Positions 27,101 to 36,458 of a stretch of 64,000 bases of DNA are shown here, piece by piece. This DNA is from Perna viridis (taxonomy: Eukaryota). Where the stretch lies: contig CM074514.1 in the NCBI GenBank assembly GCA_037379345.1, positions 18,972,001 through 19,036,000 on the forward strand. The letters run 5' to 3'. The notes beneath the pieces were generated by a model, which made no database searches, was not told the DNA's origin, and saw nothing but the letters and a program-made list of their open reading frames with translations. Position 1 is the stretch's first letter, and the number at the start of each line of letters is the position of its first letter. The position numbers and the translations under genes are program-made.

Positions 27101-30100
27101 GCAGATTTAGACATTCAAGTAATGTTACTTTGTTGGATGAAGCAATACAAATTAATGACTCAAAAAACATATGTTTGGGGCATTAAAAACTTTTTGGGCA
27201 CGTTATATTTAACTAAACTGTTATATAAATATATCAATACAAAAAGATAAATCTAAATTGAAGGATTTGTTAAAACATGTTTTAAAGTATGTGGAAATTC
27301 AATGCTACTTCTTGAAAGATGAAAGGCAAAAATGACATTGTCAAATCTGTGTATGAATTTGATTACATAAAACTAAGAAATACATAACACAGAATCAAAC
27401 CTGTGGATATAGCTGCTTTCATCAGACCTCTTTTGAATCTATTTGATAACCTGTCCTTCAGGTCAAACCGATGAGCCCCGCCTGTGACTGATATCAAAAG
27501 TTGTGGAGGAGTTAATCCCCATATAGATATCATCAGTTCAAAAATAACACTTGGATCTGTGTCTGCAGACACTCTTATATACTGAAATTGAAGAAAAAAA
27601 TATCATTTTCACAAAATGTTTCAAGTTTCCAATAGAGGTACTGATTGTATGTTTACTACCATATAGCGGTTAAATTTATGCAGGGTTCTAATTTTGGTGT
27701 ATTTTTCTGGTCTGTCTTTTTGTATACTTTTTTTGCCTAAAAATTGCCTACCAAAATAATGTGCCATACAGTATGAAGCAAACAGTTGTAAAAGGTTAGG
27801 TAACTCTCTTAAAATACTTCATAAAACCAAGAAGAGAAGAACTGTGAAAGTACTTTAATTCGTGGATACCAATTTTTGTTGGAATAGGGAAGAAACACAA
27901 GTTTGTGGATTCTTGAATTCATGGTTTTTATGGTTTTCAGTAGACACATCAATGGAAATTTCCTTTCTTGTTGGGAACCAAATTTTGTGGTATAGCCTAC
28001 CCATGAAAACCACTATGATTGATACCCCACAAACAATAGTTCTTTCACAGTAATTGAAAAGTTCAGAGTTTCTATTATAATAAAAACCTCATTTTTTTAC
28101 CTTAATCATTCTTTGCATTCATGATTTTTAACCATTCAGATGTTGCGATTACAAAACACATGATGAGAAAGACAGTAAGACAAATGGAAGAACATGGGAA
28201 TTCCTAAATACTCCTGCAAACAAAGTTCAAGATAAAGATAACAACAGAAAAAAAAACAAGAGGCTCCCAGGAGCCTGAATCGCCCACCTGGTTGAATTTT
28301 GCCTTTCAAAGGCAATAAATTTAACAAGAAGTTGTCCAACAATTTTGACTCAAGAAGTTTTTGGTAGGGCTTATCATAAGGATCATTTCAACAATTGAAA
28401 GTTTCTTTCAATCTATCATAGTTTTCAAGATATTGACTGAAAACTGTTAAAAAAAAAAGAAGTCATTTTTCCCCTTTCAAGGGCAATAACTCACAAGGAG
28501 TCATCTGACAACTTTTATCACAGAAGACTTTTGTAGTCCTAATAATAAGGATCATTTCAGCTATCGAAAGAATTCAGCTAAACCTAACGGTTTTAGAGAT
28601 ATATGCAAAAACCTACTGTCTGACTGCTATGTTCTATTTTTAGTAACGTCTGCCATGTTTTTTGACGAATCCAAAATCCCCACATAAGTTCTATGCAGGC
28701 TACCCCAAGGAACATTCGTATTAAGTTTGGTTTCAATTGGTCAAGTAGTGTCAGAGGAGAAGATTTTTGAAAGAAATAACATTAAAAATAACAAAAATCC
28801 TTGAAAAAGGGCAATAACTCCAACATGGCTTAACACTTTCACTCTGTCAGAATTTAGCTGAAGCTAACAGCTTTGGAGATATATGTGAAAAACTACTGTC
28901 TGACCCCCATGTTCTATTTTCAGTCGAGGCTGCCATGTTTTTCAACGAATCAAAAATCCCCACATCAGTTCTATGCAGGATACACCAAGGAACATTTATA
29001 CCAAGTTTGGTTCTAATCAGTTCAGTTCAGAGGAGAAGAGTTTTGTATAATTGTTAACGACGACGACGGACAATGACGACAGACACCAAGTGATGGCAAT
29101 AGCTCACATGGCCTTTGGCCAGGTGAGCTAAAAGGACTTACAGGGGAATTTTCTGTATCATGTCCATAACCTGTAAAGTTCATTTCACCAAAAGAATCAC
29201 ACGGCTCTGGAATACTGTCTGTATGAAAGTGAGGGACATGTTTATTGCCTGGTTTACTTTTAGCACTGAAACAGAAGAGTTCAATGTAGAGAGAATATAA
29301 ACATTACTTAACAGCATATACTCACTTAAAAGGAAAGGAGCATCAATGGCATCCTACATATGTAGGTCATCTCTCAAAATGAATGGCCATAAATCTTTCT
29401 ATAAAAAGTGACATATGCAGCAGGAATTTTATTGTTTGAACTTCTAACAAAGATGAACATCAGCAATATAACACCATAACGGTGTAATATCAATTAAGTT
29501 AAAAGTTATTTGAATCCAAATAGCTTCATCTCTCATAGGCAATGCCTAAAATTATATCAATGGATCTGATTGGAGAACCAAAATCTAAACCTAAAAAGAG
29601 TTTGTATTAGAAGCAGCATGCTTGCATAGCTTATCTACTTTTTTCATTAATGCCAGTTACACTTATTTTATTTTTGATTAACACAGAATGTACATCATAC
29701 TTACTTAGCATCAAATTTAGGTTTCCTTTGCATAATATTGTTCTCTCTTACAAAATTTATAAAAGCAGCCTGAAATAACAAATAACAGTTATACTTTAAT
29801 GATTTGATTGTGATTCAAGTAAACAATCAAAATAATGTTTCAATTACAAATCAATTATTTGTACTTTGACCTCCATTAGAAATTGAATTATAAGGGATGT
29901 TTTTCGGTTTATAAGTGTAAAATACCAAAAACCTGATTATTTTATATAACCTATTCAAAAATTAGACAATTTTTTAAAATTATACTGATTTTTTTTTTCA
30001 GAAACACATATTTATATCAAGAAACCAAAAAATATTGATTGAAATGCAGATCTTATAAATAAAGATTAGGCCACAATTTTTTAATCTGTTGGTTTACGGA

Positions 30101-31468
30101 TCCACCAACCTGATTTTTCAAGCAAGGAGAAAAAAATAGAATTGAGATTTCAGTGTTCTACTTATTATTTTCACTGCCATCAACTAAAAAAAAATTAGCA
30201 AGTGCAATATTAAGACATATACTTTTTAAATAAATTTACAGACAATGTCTGCTTCTAGTTTTGTTTATTCAACAATTTGACAAAGCAAAGTCAGTGAGAC
30301 CATTTCACACTCCATAATTATTGAATTTTATAAACAATTTTTAATCCAGAGGTTAATTTTAAAGCTTCATTGTTTTCCAAATAATTACAAATTACTTGTT
30401 TTTAATGTGTTTAACAGTAGATTATAATCCCACTTCAAAACTATGTCAGGTTAGATAATGGAATCTTTGAAAGTAAAAAAAAATGTGTCTGTCTAAATAT
30501 AAATAGTAGATATGTATTTCTTTTTCCCAATTTGTTTTAAGTTTTTTTCCGAACTACCAGATTTCATCCAGACAAAAATCTGTAAACCAACAAATTAAAA
30601 AACTGTGGCCTTAAAGTATATGAGGAGGAAATGTTCTTTGTCATGTGCATTACATCAGCAGTTTGCTCATGAGTAAACCATATATTACCTTTTCAATTCT
30701 TCTGCCACTTCGCCTCGACCTCCTTTTAGACTTTTTTGATGATGATTGATGTTTTGACAAGGTACCTGGAGCTGACATAGTAGTGGTACCACTTTCTGAA
30801 ACAGGAACTGTGTATGTACCATTACTTTTCACAGAAGCTTTGTCAATGTCTGTACTTTTCACTGACAAATTTGTATTTCCATCTATTGTGTATGTACTGG
30901 TACTTTCAAAGGAATCCTGTCCTTTCTTTTTTTTTCTCTTACTCCTCCTGTGTTTCACTGGTCTATCAATATCTTGTTCAGGAACAGGAATTCTTGAGGA
31001 ATCTGGTGACTTATCCTTTTTAGATTTCTTATTAATTTTAGGTTTACCTGAAGGTTTATAGTCTCCTTCAAAAGGATCCTGGGGATCCAGATTTTCTAGC
31101 ATTCCCTCATATGAGGTATGAGTATTGTACCTTGGAGTCCGCAAATTACTTTCAAGATACATGTCAGAATATTCCCTCTCAACAGGATGTATTGACACAG
31201 TTTTAGATTTAAGTTTCCTGACAGGAGTATCTTCAGCACCCTGACTGGTTCCAGGAGTTTCCAATAACTCAGATACAGTTCCAAACTCTGATGCCCAGTG
31301 TCCAGTTCTTGGTCCCTTGCTATACCTATTATTTACAGTTTCATCCATAGTTTTTCTGAACTCAGTATCACTATGGGAAGTGTCTAGATTTCTTATAAGT
31401 TGTAAATTATCTAGTTCCCGGTCAGATCCAATACTCAATTCCCTATTACGTAACACATCATTGTTCAT
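21..31468 (-). CDS. TRPM: TRPM-family (invertebrate TRPM2-like) cation channel, multi-exon gene, 3'-incomplete (TRP box and C-terminus lie left of the window)
   Basis: 22 exons join with consistent phases and GT-AG sites. Hallmarks: MHR1/2 'PPQLLISVTGGA', 'GAWIITGG', 'LDSNHTHFILVDDG', 'VLVLDGSGRAAD'; MHR3 'LALTWNRSDIA'; MHR4 'FLWAVIMNR'; S2-S3 'EEVRQ..WNKFD'; S4-S5 'IGPKVIMIRRM'; pore 'PYWQMYGELF'; S6 'NILLVNLLIAMF'. Confidence 0.96.
715..1262. repeat. 168-bp tandem array (about 3.3 units), satellite / Helentron-internal type
   Basis: Unit starts 'gaaaaatgaa(c/t)aaagtcccataactcc' at 715, 883, 1051, 1218; high identity, CpGs intact. Confidence 0.92.
1717..1891 (-). CDS. TRPM exon S5-pore (..PYWQMYGELFLENIE)
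   Basis: Pore helix and filter motif; phase 0 to 1. Confidence 0.96.
2246..2500 (-). CDS. TRPM exon S3-S4 (WNKFD..IGPKVIMIRRM)
   Basis: Conserved TRPM motifs; catag / gtatgt. Confidence 0.96.
3511..4065 (-). mobile_element. Degenerate Helentron/HINE-type non-autonomous element
   Basis: Ends 'ctagaggccctaaagaacctgaattgctgacctg' and 'agacaccaagtgaagacaatagatcacctgg' are homologous to the termini of the 28255-29133 element. Confidence 0.65.
6592..6729 (-). CDS. TRPM exon S1-S2 (ISYLIFLGIFSFFVL..EEVRQ)
   Basis: Transmembrane helices and Ca-site E/Q; phase 0 to 0. Confidence 0.95.
7468..7646. mobile_element. MITE (TIR actgtaaacatattaatttt)
   Basis: Terminal inverted repeats actgtaaacatattaatttt / aaaattaatatgtttacagt. 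Confidence 0.7.
7692..8210 (-). mobile_element. SINE-like retroposon with 13-bp TSD, structured 5' head and (AAAC)n tail
   Basis: TSD ctaaatatgtcta at 7679-7691 and 8211-8223; tail 'gctgaaatattgctg..gacgttaaacccc(aaac)n'; GC- and CpG-rich relative to the host intron. Confidence 0.85.
8839..9165 (-). CDS. TRPM exon pre-S1 (IFIPFLIP..YFYTAPVTKFWIYL)
   Basis: 'FY.APvtKF' motif; tatag / gtgagt; phase 0 to 0. Confidence 0.93.
9441..9666 (-). CDS. TRPM exon (YEQLACSLITECY..FMGQTACQAKLNSIWKG)
   Basis: Conserved MHR4/pre-S1 motif; phase 2 to 0. Confidence 0.95.
9780..9928. mobile_element. GC-rich MITE (TIR caggcgcggatcca / tggatctgcccctg)
   Basis: Imperfect TIRs; near-5-bp flanking duplication ggtaa/gataa. 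Confidence 0.6.
10269..10368 (-). CDS. TRPM exon (SALLASSLTKALA..ELSNSFLENS)
   Basis: Conserved 'AL.A..l.k.ma'; phase 1 to 2. Confidence 0.92.
11193..11339 (-). CDS. TRPM exon MHR4 (FKDPNRDIFLWAVIMNRKEIAMLFW)
   Basis: Conserved motif; tgcag / gtaagc; phase 1 to 1. Confidence 0.95.
11682..12029. mobile_element. TIR element filled with a 61-67-bp CATG-rich minisatellite (4 units)
   Basis: TIRs 'actggtaaaaatgctacaca' / 'tgtgtggcatttatacccta'; units begin 'tgagtgacacatg' at about 11709, 11776, 11837, 11904. Confidence 0.75.
12041..12094 (-). CDS. TRPM small symmetric exon (RQNQRPFFGYIKAEDAE), possibly cassette
   Basis: catag / gtaagt, 54 nt, open, phase 1 to 1. Confidence 0.6.
15271..15470. 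mobile_element. Tc1/mariner-pogo-type MITE (cagtgaaacctgtcta..tagacagg)
   Basis: TIRs; same family as 22053-22224; internal ~35-bp duplication. Confidence 0.7.
15936..16065 (-). CDS. TRPM exon (QSWGEYFCC..LLQIGKVIVHLLGD..PYK)
   Basis: Resembles TRPM 'L.dIG.vi..Lmg..y.'; phase 0 to 1. Confidence 0.82.
18064..18438. mobile_element. MITE (TIR tctgt.taagaatcaggca)
   Basis: TIRs ctctgtctaagaatcaggca / tgcctgattcttacacagaa; partial copy at about 12151-12260. Confidence 0.7.
18641..18848. mobile_element. MITE (TIR actgtgaaagtact)
   Basis: TIRs; inverted homolog at 27841-28052. Confidence 0.8.
19916..19978 (-). CDS. TRPM small exon (CLKDKSDRAAQLLYNHIMYLK)
   Basis: tttcag / AAG|gtatgt, 63 nt, open, phase 0 to 0; variable region. 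Confidence 0.7.
21012..21146 (-). CDS. TRPM exon (LDDAMVKSLIQNRTEFVKLFLDN..)
   Basis: Conserved 'AL..nR.eFV.Lfl.nG' motif; phase 0 to 0. Confidence 0.93.
22053..22224. mobile_element. Tc1/mariner-pogo-type MITE
   Basis: TA-flanked TIRs cagtaaaacctgtcta / tagacaggtttcagtg. Confidence 0.72.
22743..22849 (-). CDS. TRPM exon (QLSLALTWNRSDIAKNEIF)
   Basis: Conserved MHR3 motif; phase 1 to 0. Confidence 0.95.
23024..23093 (-). CDS. TRPM exon (IHIYDLE..MDEAILISLFK)
   Basis: Matches TRPM 'lD.AIL.ALlK'; tacag / gtaatg; phase 0 to 1. Confidence 0.9.
23923..24079 (-). CDS. TRPM exon (IDKSTF..LQKRNM)
   Basis: Open frame with phase 2 to 0 matching neighbours; donor gtcagt. Confidence 0.85.
24318..24495 (-). 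CDS. TRPM exon (VPVVMIVVNGG..VLVLDGSGRAAD)
   Basis: Conserved MHR2 motif; phase 1 to 2. Confidence 0.93.
25037..25425 (+). mobile_element. TA-flanked repeat with internal tRNA-like (Pol III A/B box) segment, copy A
   Basis: About 290 nt colinear with 51981-52285; 'tggtcgagtggtctaaggc..gtttgagt'. Confidence 0.75.
25741..25948 (-). CDS. TRPM exon (..LDSNHTHFILVDDG..LRSKLE..)
   Basis: Conserved motif; ttttag / gtaagt; phase 0 to 1. Confidence 0.95.
26614..26777 (-). CDS. TRPM exon (GAWIITGGTSTGVMEFVGEA..ALGIATWG)
   Basis: Manual translation; tgcag / gtaaga; phase 1 to 0. Confidence 0.95.
27401..27581 (-). CDS. TRPM exon MHR1 (YIRVSADTDP..LLISVTGGA..KAAISTG)
   Basis: Conserved TRPM SLOG-like motif; splice sites phase 0 to 1. 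Confidence 0.95.
27841..28052. mobile_element. MITE, same family as 18641-18848, opposite orientation
   Basis: Reverse-complement similarity along the whole length. Confidence 0.8.
28255..29133 (-). mobile_element. Helentron/HINE (pearl-like) non-autonomous element with internal tandem repeats
   Basis: subTIRs gctcacctg / caggtg(a/g)gcg, 5' hairpin, (GTC)n microsatellite, 3' palindrome aggctcc.gggagcct, T-rich insertion site. Confidence 0.85.
29142..29265 (-). CDS. TRPM exon (..PCDSFGEMNFTGYG..)
   Basis: Matches TRPM 'PTDAFGxIxF' motif; ttcag / gtaagt; phase 2 to 0. Confidence 0.88.
29705..29769 (-). CDS. TRPM exon (AAFINFVRENNIMQRKPKFDA)
   Basis: tttcag acceptor, gtaagt donor, phase 0 to 2 links flanking exons. 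Confidence 0.75.
30067..30613. mobile_element. Non-autonomous TIR element (~545 bp)
   Basis: About 35-bp TIRs taggccacaattttttaatctgttggtttac / gtaaaccaacaaattaaaaactgtggcctta. Confidence 0.8.
30689..31468 (-). CDS. TRPM first coding exon: 260-aa low-complexity N-terminal extension
   Basis: Long ORF in intron-like DNA; acceptor tttattcctag at 31485-31487 just upstream of ATG 31468; donor AAG|gtaata at 30688, phase 0, matching the next exon. Confidence 0.8.
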
Positions 31469-31848
31469 TCTTCCAACTCACCACCTAGGAATAAAGTAAA
31501 AGCAAAAGTTCAAGTTTTAAGTTAAAAAAAATTGTCTATTCAATATTTTGTTAAACATGTTAATGACTAAGTTCAGACAATTTAACTAAAAAGACCACAT
31601 TTTTAACAAGACTTTATTATGAAGTAGATGTTTAAAATGTGTTTCATGACCAAAACAGGACAATTCAGCACATTTTAATCTTGGTTCAATGAAAACATGG
31701 CTTATAATAGGACTCTATTTTAAGACAAATTATTTCTATGCTGGCATTTAAGTTAAAACCTGTCTTATATTATATATGGCAAATAAACATGCATGTACAT
31801 TGTATACACATAGTGAGATATAAAGATAAAAAAAAGAGATTATAAAAG

Positions 31849-32220
31849 AGTAATCAAGGGAATCAAGATTCTAGTGGAACTCAAAAGAATGTAATCCAGG
31901 GACAAAGACTAGACAGGAAAAACACACACACACACACAACAAAGAACATAAAACAACCAAAACAAAACAGCAATATAAATAAATAAGCATCTCAGACTCC
32001 ACTGAAAAATGGGTGCACAAGTAGGGTAAGTGTCCTCTGCTCTTCTAGAAACACCCACTGAGCTGCTCATTTAAAGCTGAGTCTGGGGTAGAGGAAAGAG
32101 GAAATGAAAAATATGACATCTTAGAGAAATTGGTTCTCATGGTGCAGATGGATACATCATAACAATCATTGACAATCCACAAGTTCATGATGATGACCAT
32201 AAAACTTCTGTAGTGATGAC
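31849..32220 (-). mobile_element. Penelope-like retroelement 3' fragment, inverted copy
   Basis: Reverse complement of 32266-32643. Confidence 0.75.
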
Positions 32221-32235
32221 CAATCTTGCAGCAGT

Positions 32236-32643
32236 ATAACAGGGCTATGTTGCCACAAGATTGAAGTCATCACTACAGAATTTTTATGGTCGTCATCATG
32301 AACTCATGGATAATTACGATGTATCCATCTGCACCATGAAAACTGATTTGTTTAATGTGTCATTGTTTTCCTTTTCCTCTTTCGTCTACCCTACACTTGA
32401 CTTTTTATGAGCAACTCAGCTGGTGTTTCTGGAAAAGCAGAGAACACCTATCCTACCGGTGCACCTGGTCCATGCTCACAGTTCTTAGTGGAGTCTGAGT
32501 TGCTCATTTACTTTTGTTACTTTGTATGTATTATTTTAGTTACTTAATGTTCTTTGTTGTGTTTGTCTGTTTTCCATGTCTGGTCTTTGTCCCTGGATAA
32601 AATTCTTTTGATATCAGCTAGAATCTTGGTTCACTTGATTACC
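32236..32643 (+). mobile_element. Penelope-like retroelement 3' fragment (RT C-terminus + 3' UTR)
   Basis: Encodes QGYVATRLKSSLQNFYGRHHELMDNY, resembling PLE RT C-termini as recalled; shares the 3' end 'cttgattac' with other copies. Confidence 0.7.
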
Positions 32644-34573
32644 ATCATACTCAAGCCATAGATTCCATTAAAAAAATTATGAAATATTAAAATTGATATT
32701 TAGTTCAGTGCAGTTGGTTATTACTGAACTTATGAAGTCACATGTTTAATACTCTAAACCATTATGTTCGAAATAACTAACTATTGCAGTTGTAATTGGT
32801 ATTAGCCTACCTAAGAAATTTTAAGAATGAGACATTTCAAGGCATAAATCCTCCACAGGTCCATTTGGTTATTTTTGTTTGTTTTTTTTTTTGCAGATAT
32901 GTGAACATTCATCACTTTGCCCATTCTTGGCTTAAAACATCTAACCCAAATGAGAAACCAAATTGAATTAAATATAGTGGCAATTTAAGCTCAAGTTAGA
33001 TTTAATAACAACCAGTGAAGAGTGAAACAATAAAAGGCAAAAGTTATAGACTGCAAGATATGCAAGATAAAGGAATAAAAAATAGCAAAGAATTGACAAA
33101 TTTAAAAAAAAAACTTAATAATGGCTTGTATAGGCAAGGGTATTATGTTAGTATATGTATATGGACCTTAAATTTGAAAATTTCATAACCACTGATGAAA
33201 GAAGCAGTGAAATGAAAAAAGTAAGATAATGCATAGTCTCAGTATTGGAAATAGGGAAGGTATTTAAAGTGAGCAGATACTTTGCCAATAAAACCACTAA
33301 ACTTTGAATTTTATCACATAAGAAATGCTGTATGTAGCTCCAAGGAATTTTATAGTAGACAGGATTGGAATCTCACGTAATTTTACAGTGTTTGTACAAG
33401 TAAAATCGTATGCCTGGGGGAGAATGAGCAATATTAACCATAATGCATTTCATATACAATGTTTGTGGGTTGACTGAATGAAGGATCACTTCAGCTTTTG
33501 AAACAAGTATCAGTATTAGTAAGTGAATTGTGAGAAGTTTTTTAATATACCTGTTCTTAATGAAATGACAACTATAGGATGAAATACAATCCCTACTTAA
33601 TCAACAGTTACCGTTAATTAGAAGGCTCTTTTGACCTTTATATACCTGCCTATAACCATCAAATCAGAGGCTGAAAAACTAATAAGTTCAAACCCCTGTC
33701 AGGCCTTTAAACCTTCTAAGCCACTGAAAGTTACCTCCTAAATTTTAAAATTTCATACATTTTTATAAAAGAAAATGATGAAAAGTACCTCCTACAAAAC
33801 CAAAGGGTACCTGCATTACAAAAAGTTAAAGGAACCCCTGTCCGGTGTTTAAGGAATTTTGTTGAAAAACATGCATTTATAGTTTTTTTTGCTAGCATGC
33901 ATAAAGATGAGGCATGTCTAGAGTGAAAAAGGGATAGGCAATTTAGTAATCATAAAGCATTCATATTTACCTCTATAATATACAAAACATAAGATCTGAT
34001 TATGATGTTAATAGTGTAAGCCATGTATATAACAAAAATTGTTCTAATTGCTTCATTTGCTTTGTAATTTTTTTGCATGTAAAAAATGATTAGTTGTTTT
34101 TTTCAAAATGGTAAATGGTAATATCCTGTAAGTGAAGGCTACAATGCTAACTTTAATTTCAAACTCCTCCCTTGAGGTCCCAAATATTGACAAAGTCAAA
34201 ATTTGTCTAAAAATCAAGTATTTATTGGTGTAAATAAGAAATTTTACCGAAAACCATCAGTGCTTTGTCTCCATTTATTGAATTAATTTACAAGTAATCA
34301 CAAAAAGACACTCAAAAATATAAGTGACGATACAATTAAACCTTGCCATGTGATATTCCAATCCTGTCAACTATAATACAAAAAAATATATATAATTTAA
34401 AAATAGTAGCTCCTAAGTACATATTTACTACCAGAAGGTTAGATGTGCTCTTTCAGACAGTTAACCCACATTTTAAAGCCTCATATAATTCCATTTGGGG
34501 TTCGGTGCCTGGTCAAAACAAAATAAAAGGGGGATAAGAGCTTCATATTGAATCATAAAGAATTTATATTGAC

Positions 34574-34870
34574 CTGATTTGAAGTTTGAGTGAGATTTAA
34601 ATATTTATAAGGGATCCTTTTTTACTTTTAGCCTTTATAAAAAATATGATACCATTACAATGTTGTTTAAATAACTCAGCAAAAGCATGTTTCGTCGTCA
34701 TCTATTTATTTGTTCATAGTTGTTTATACAAGCTGATGTTTGTTGCCCTGGTAGGTCGCTTATGGCGAAAGACAAATGCCTCTTATATCAGTGAAAACAA
34801 ATTCGTTTGCACCTCCAATTCGATCCACATATCCTTCGTCCCACATTTACTATTGGTTGGTTTAAACATA
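34574..34870 (-). promoter_or_regulatory. Putative TRPM promoter / non-coding first exon
   Basis: CpGs reappear abruptly here; candidate donor cag|gtcaat at 34573; the first coding exon has an acceptor upstream of its ATG, so a 5' UTR exon is needed. Position is inferred. Confidence 0.3.
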
Positions 34871-35054
34871 TTTGTTAAGTACTTTACATATTTTAACATC
34901 AAGTCATAACAATAGAATAAAATGATATATAGCAAATTAATTACAGGACTCCGAAACAAGACTCAAACTCTTATATCAATCTGTCTCCTGGAATCATGAA
35001 CAATAAATATTCTTGTAATACCAGAAATGACTTATATATAAATAATAAATATGC

Positions 35055-36458
35055 TTATAATACCAGAAATGACTTACAATCGGAAGAAGTTGAAACTATC
35101 TGGATTGAACTTTTGCTTCCAAAACCAAAGCTTATTCTAACTGGAACTGTTTATTGACCCCCAAACATGACAAACTTTATTGATAGATTTGAAAAAGTTA
35201 TTTTTCAACTAAAATCTGACATAGAAACCTATATTTTGGGAGATTTTAACATTTGTATGAAAAACAAATCTAGAGCCTTATGTAAGAGTAATCAAGGGAA
35301 CCAAGGTTATAGCGGTAATCAAAAGAATGTAATCCAGGGACAAAGACCATACATGGAAAACAGACATACACAACAAAGAACATATAGTAAGTAAAATCAT
35401 ACATACAAAGTAACAAAAGCAAATGAGCAACTCGGACTCCATTAAAAACTGTAAATCATTCACAAGTATGATGAAATTGTTTAGTTTTGAGCAGTTTATA
35501 GACGAGCCTACAAGAATCACTGAAAACAGTTCTTCTATTATTGATCTTATTATGTGTAATAAACCAGAAAATGTTTTGAAATCTGGGTCAGTCTGTATTG
35601 GTTTAAGTGACCACAACATAATTGGTATGATAATGTTGGACCTGCAAAAGGCTTTTGACACTGTCGACCATAATATATTATGTAGTAAACTTAAAGTTAT
35701 GGGTATACAATCAAATCTTGCAAAAGAAAGTTGTTAGGTTTATTCTCGGCCTGGGATCCAGAACAAGCATAAATTTTGAAGAAGAAAAAATTGAGTGTCA
35801 ATATGCTTTCGGTACCAGACAGAGTGAACCAACTTAGAATTAACCATGTTTTTAATATTTACCATGGTACTGCACCTGAATATTTGTGTGAAAATTTCAA
35901 AATGAATCAAGGAAATACAAGGGGTGCTTCAAATTTAAATTATAGTATACCTAATTGTAAATTATGTAGTAAAGATAGTTTCACATATCATGCTACACAA
36001 ACTTGTAACAAATTACTACTTACTGTTAAAAATGTAACAAACAAAAATTCTTTCAAAACTGAAGTTAGACTCTTTATGGAGGAAGAAGCCAAAAGGAGAG
36101 AAGAAAATAAATTTATTTCTTTTTAACAATAAATTGTCACTTTTTAATATTATAAATTTGTATTTCCATAACTGTTAATATTTTAGCAAAAATGTGAAAC
36201 GCTTCACGAGTAGAATCAAGTATTTTTTATGAATTCTTTTCTTTTTAAGGACCCATTGGAAATATGCCTTTTTTTATATATAAGTACGGCTTTATAGGCT
36301 ATCCTTGAAAAGTTTCAAGGTTACATATAAATGTAAATTTTTATTCATGTAATGTCTTTGTCTGTGTACGTTTACGTCTATGTGTATATGTATACTGTAT
36401 TTTATGATGTATTATATGTGCTTGACGTGTCTAAATAAATAAATAAATAAATAAATAA
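35055..36458 (+). mobile_element. Internally deleted CR1/L2-group LINE remnant (APE endonuclease, RT piece, C-terminus, (AAAT)n tail)
   Basis: 'ETIWIELL..ILGDFNI..EPTRIT..SIIDLI..GLSDHN' (APE), 'LDLQKAFDTVDH' (RT), 'LQKKVVRFIL..APEYL'; tail (aaat)n at 36432-36458; stops and frameshifts. Confidence 0.9.
35286..35449 (-). mobile_element. Short copy of the PLE 3' end nested in a LINE
   Basis: Flanked by tgtaa duplication (35281-35285, 35450-35454). Confidence 0.8.
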
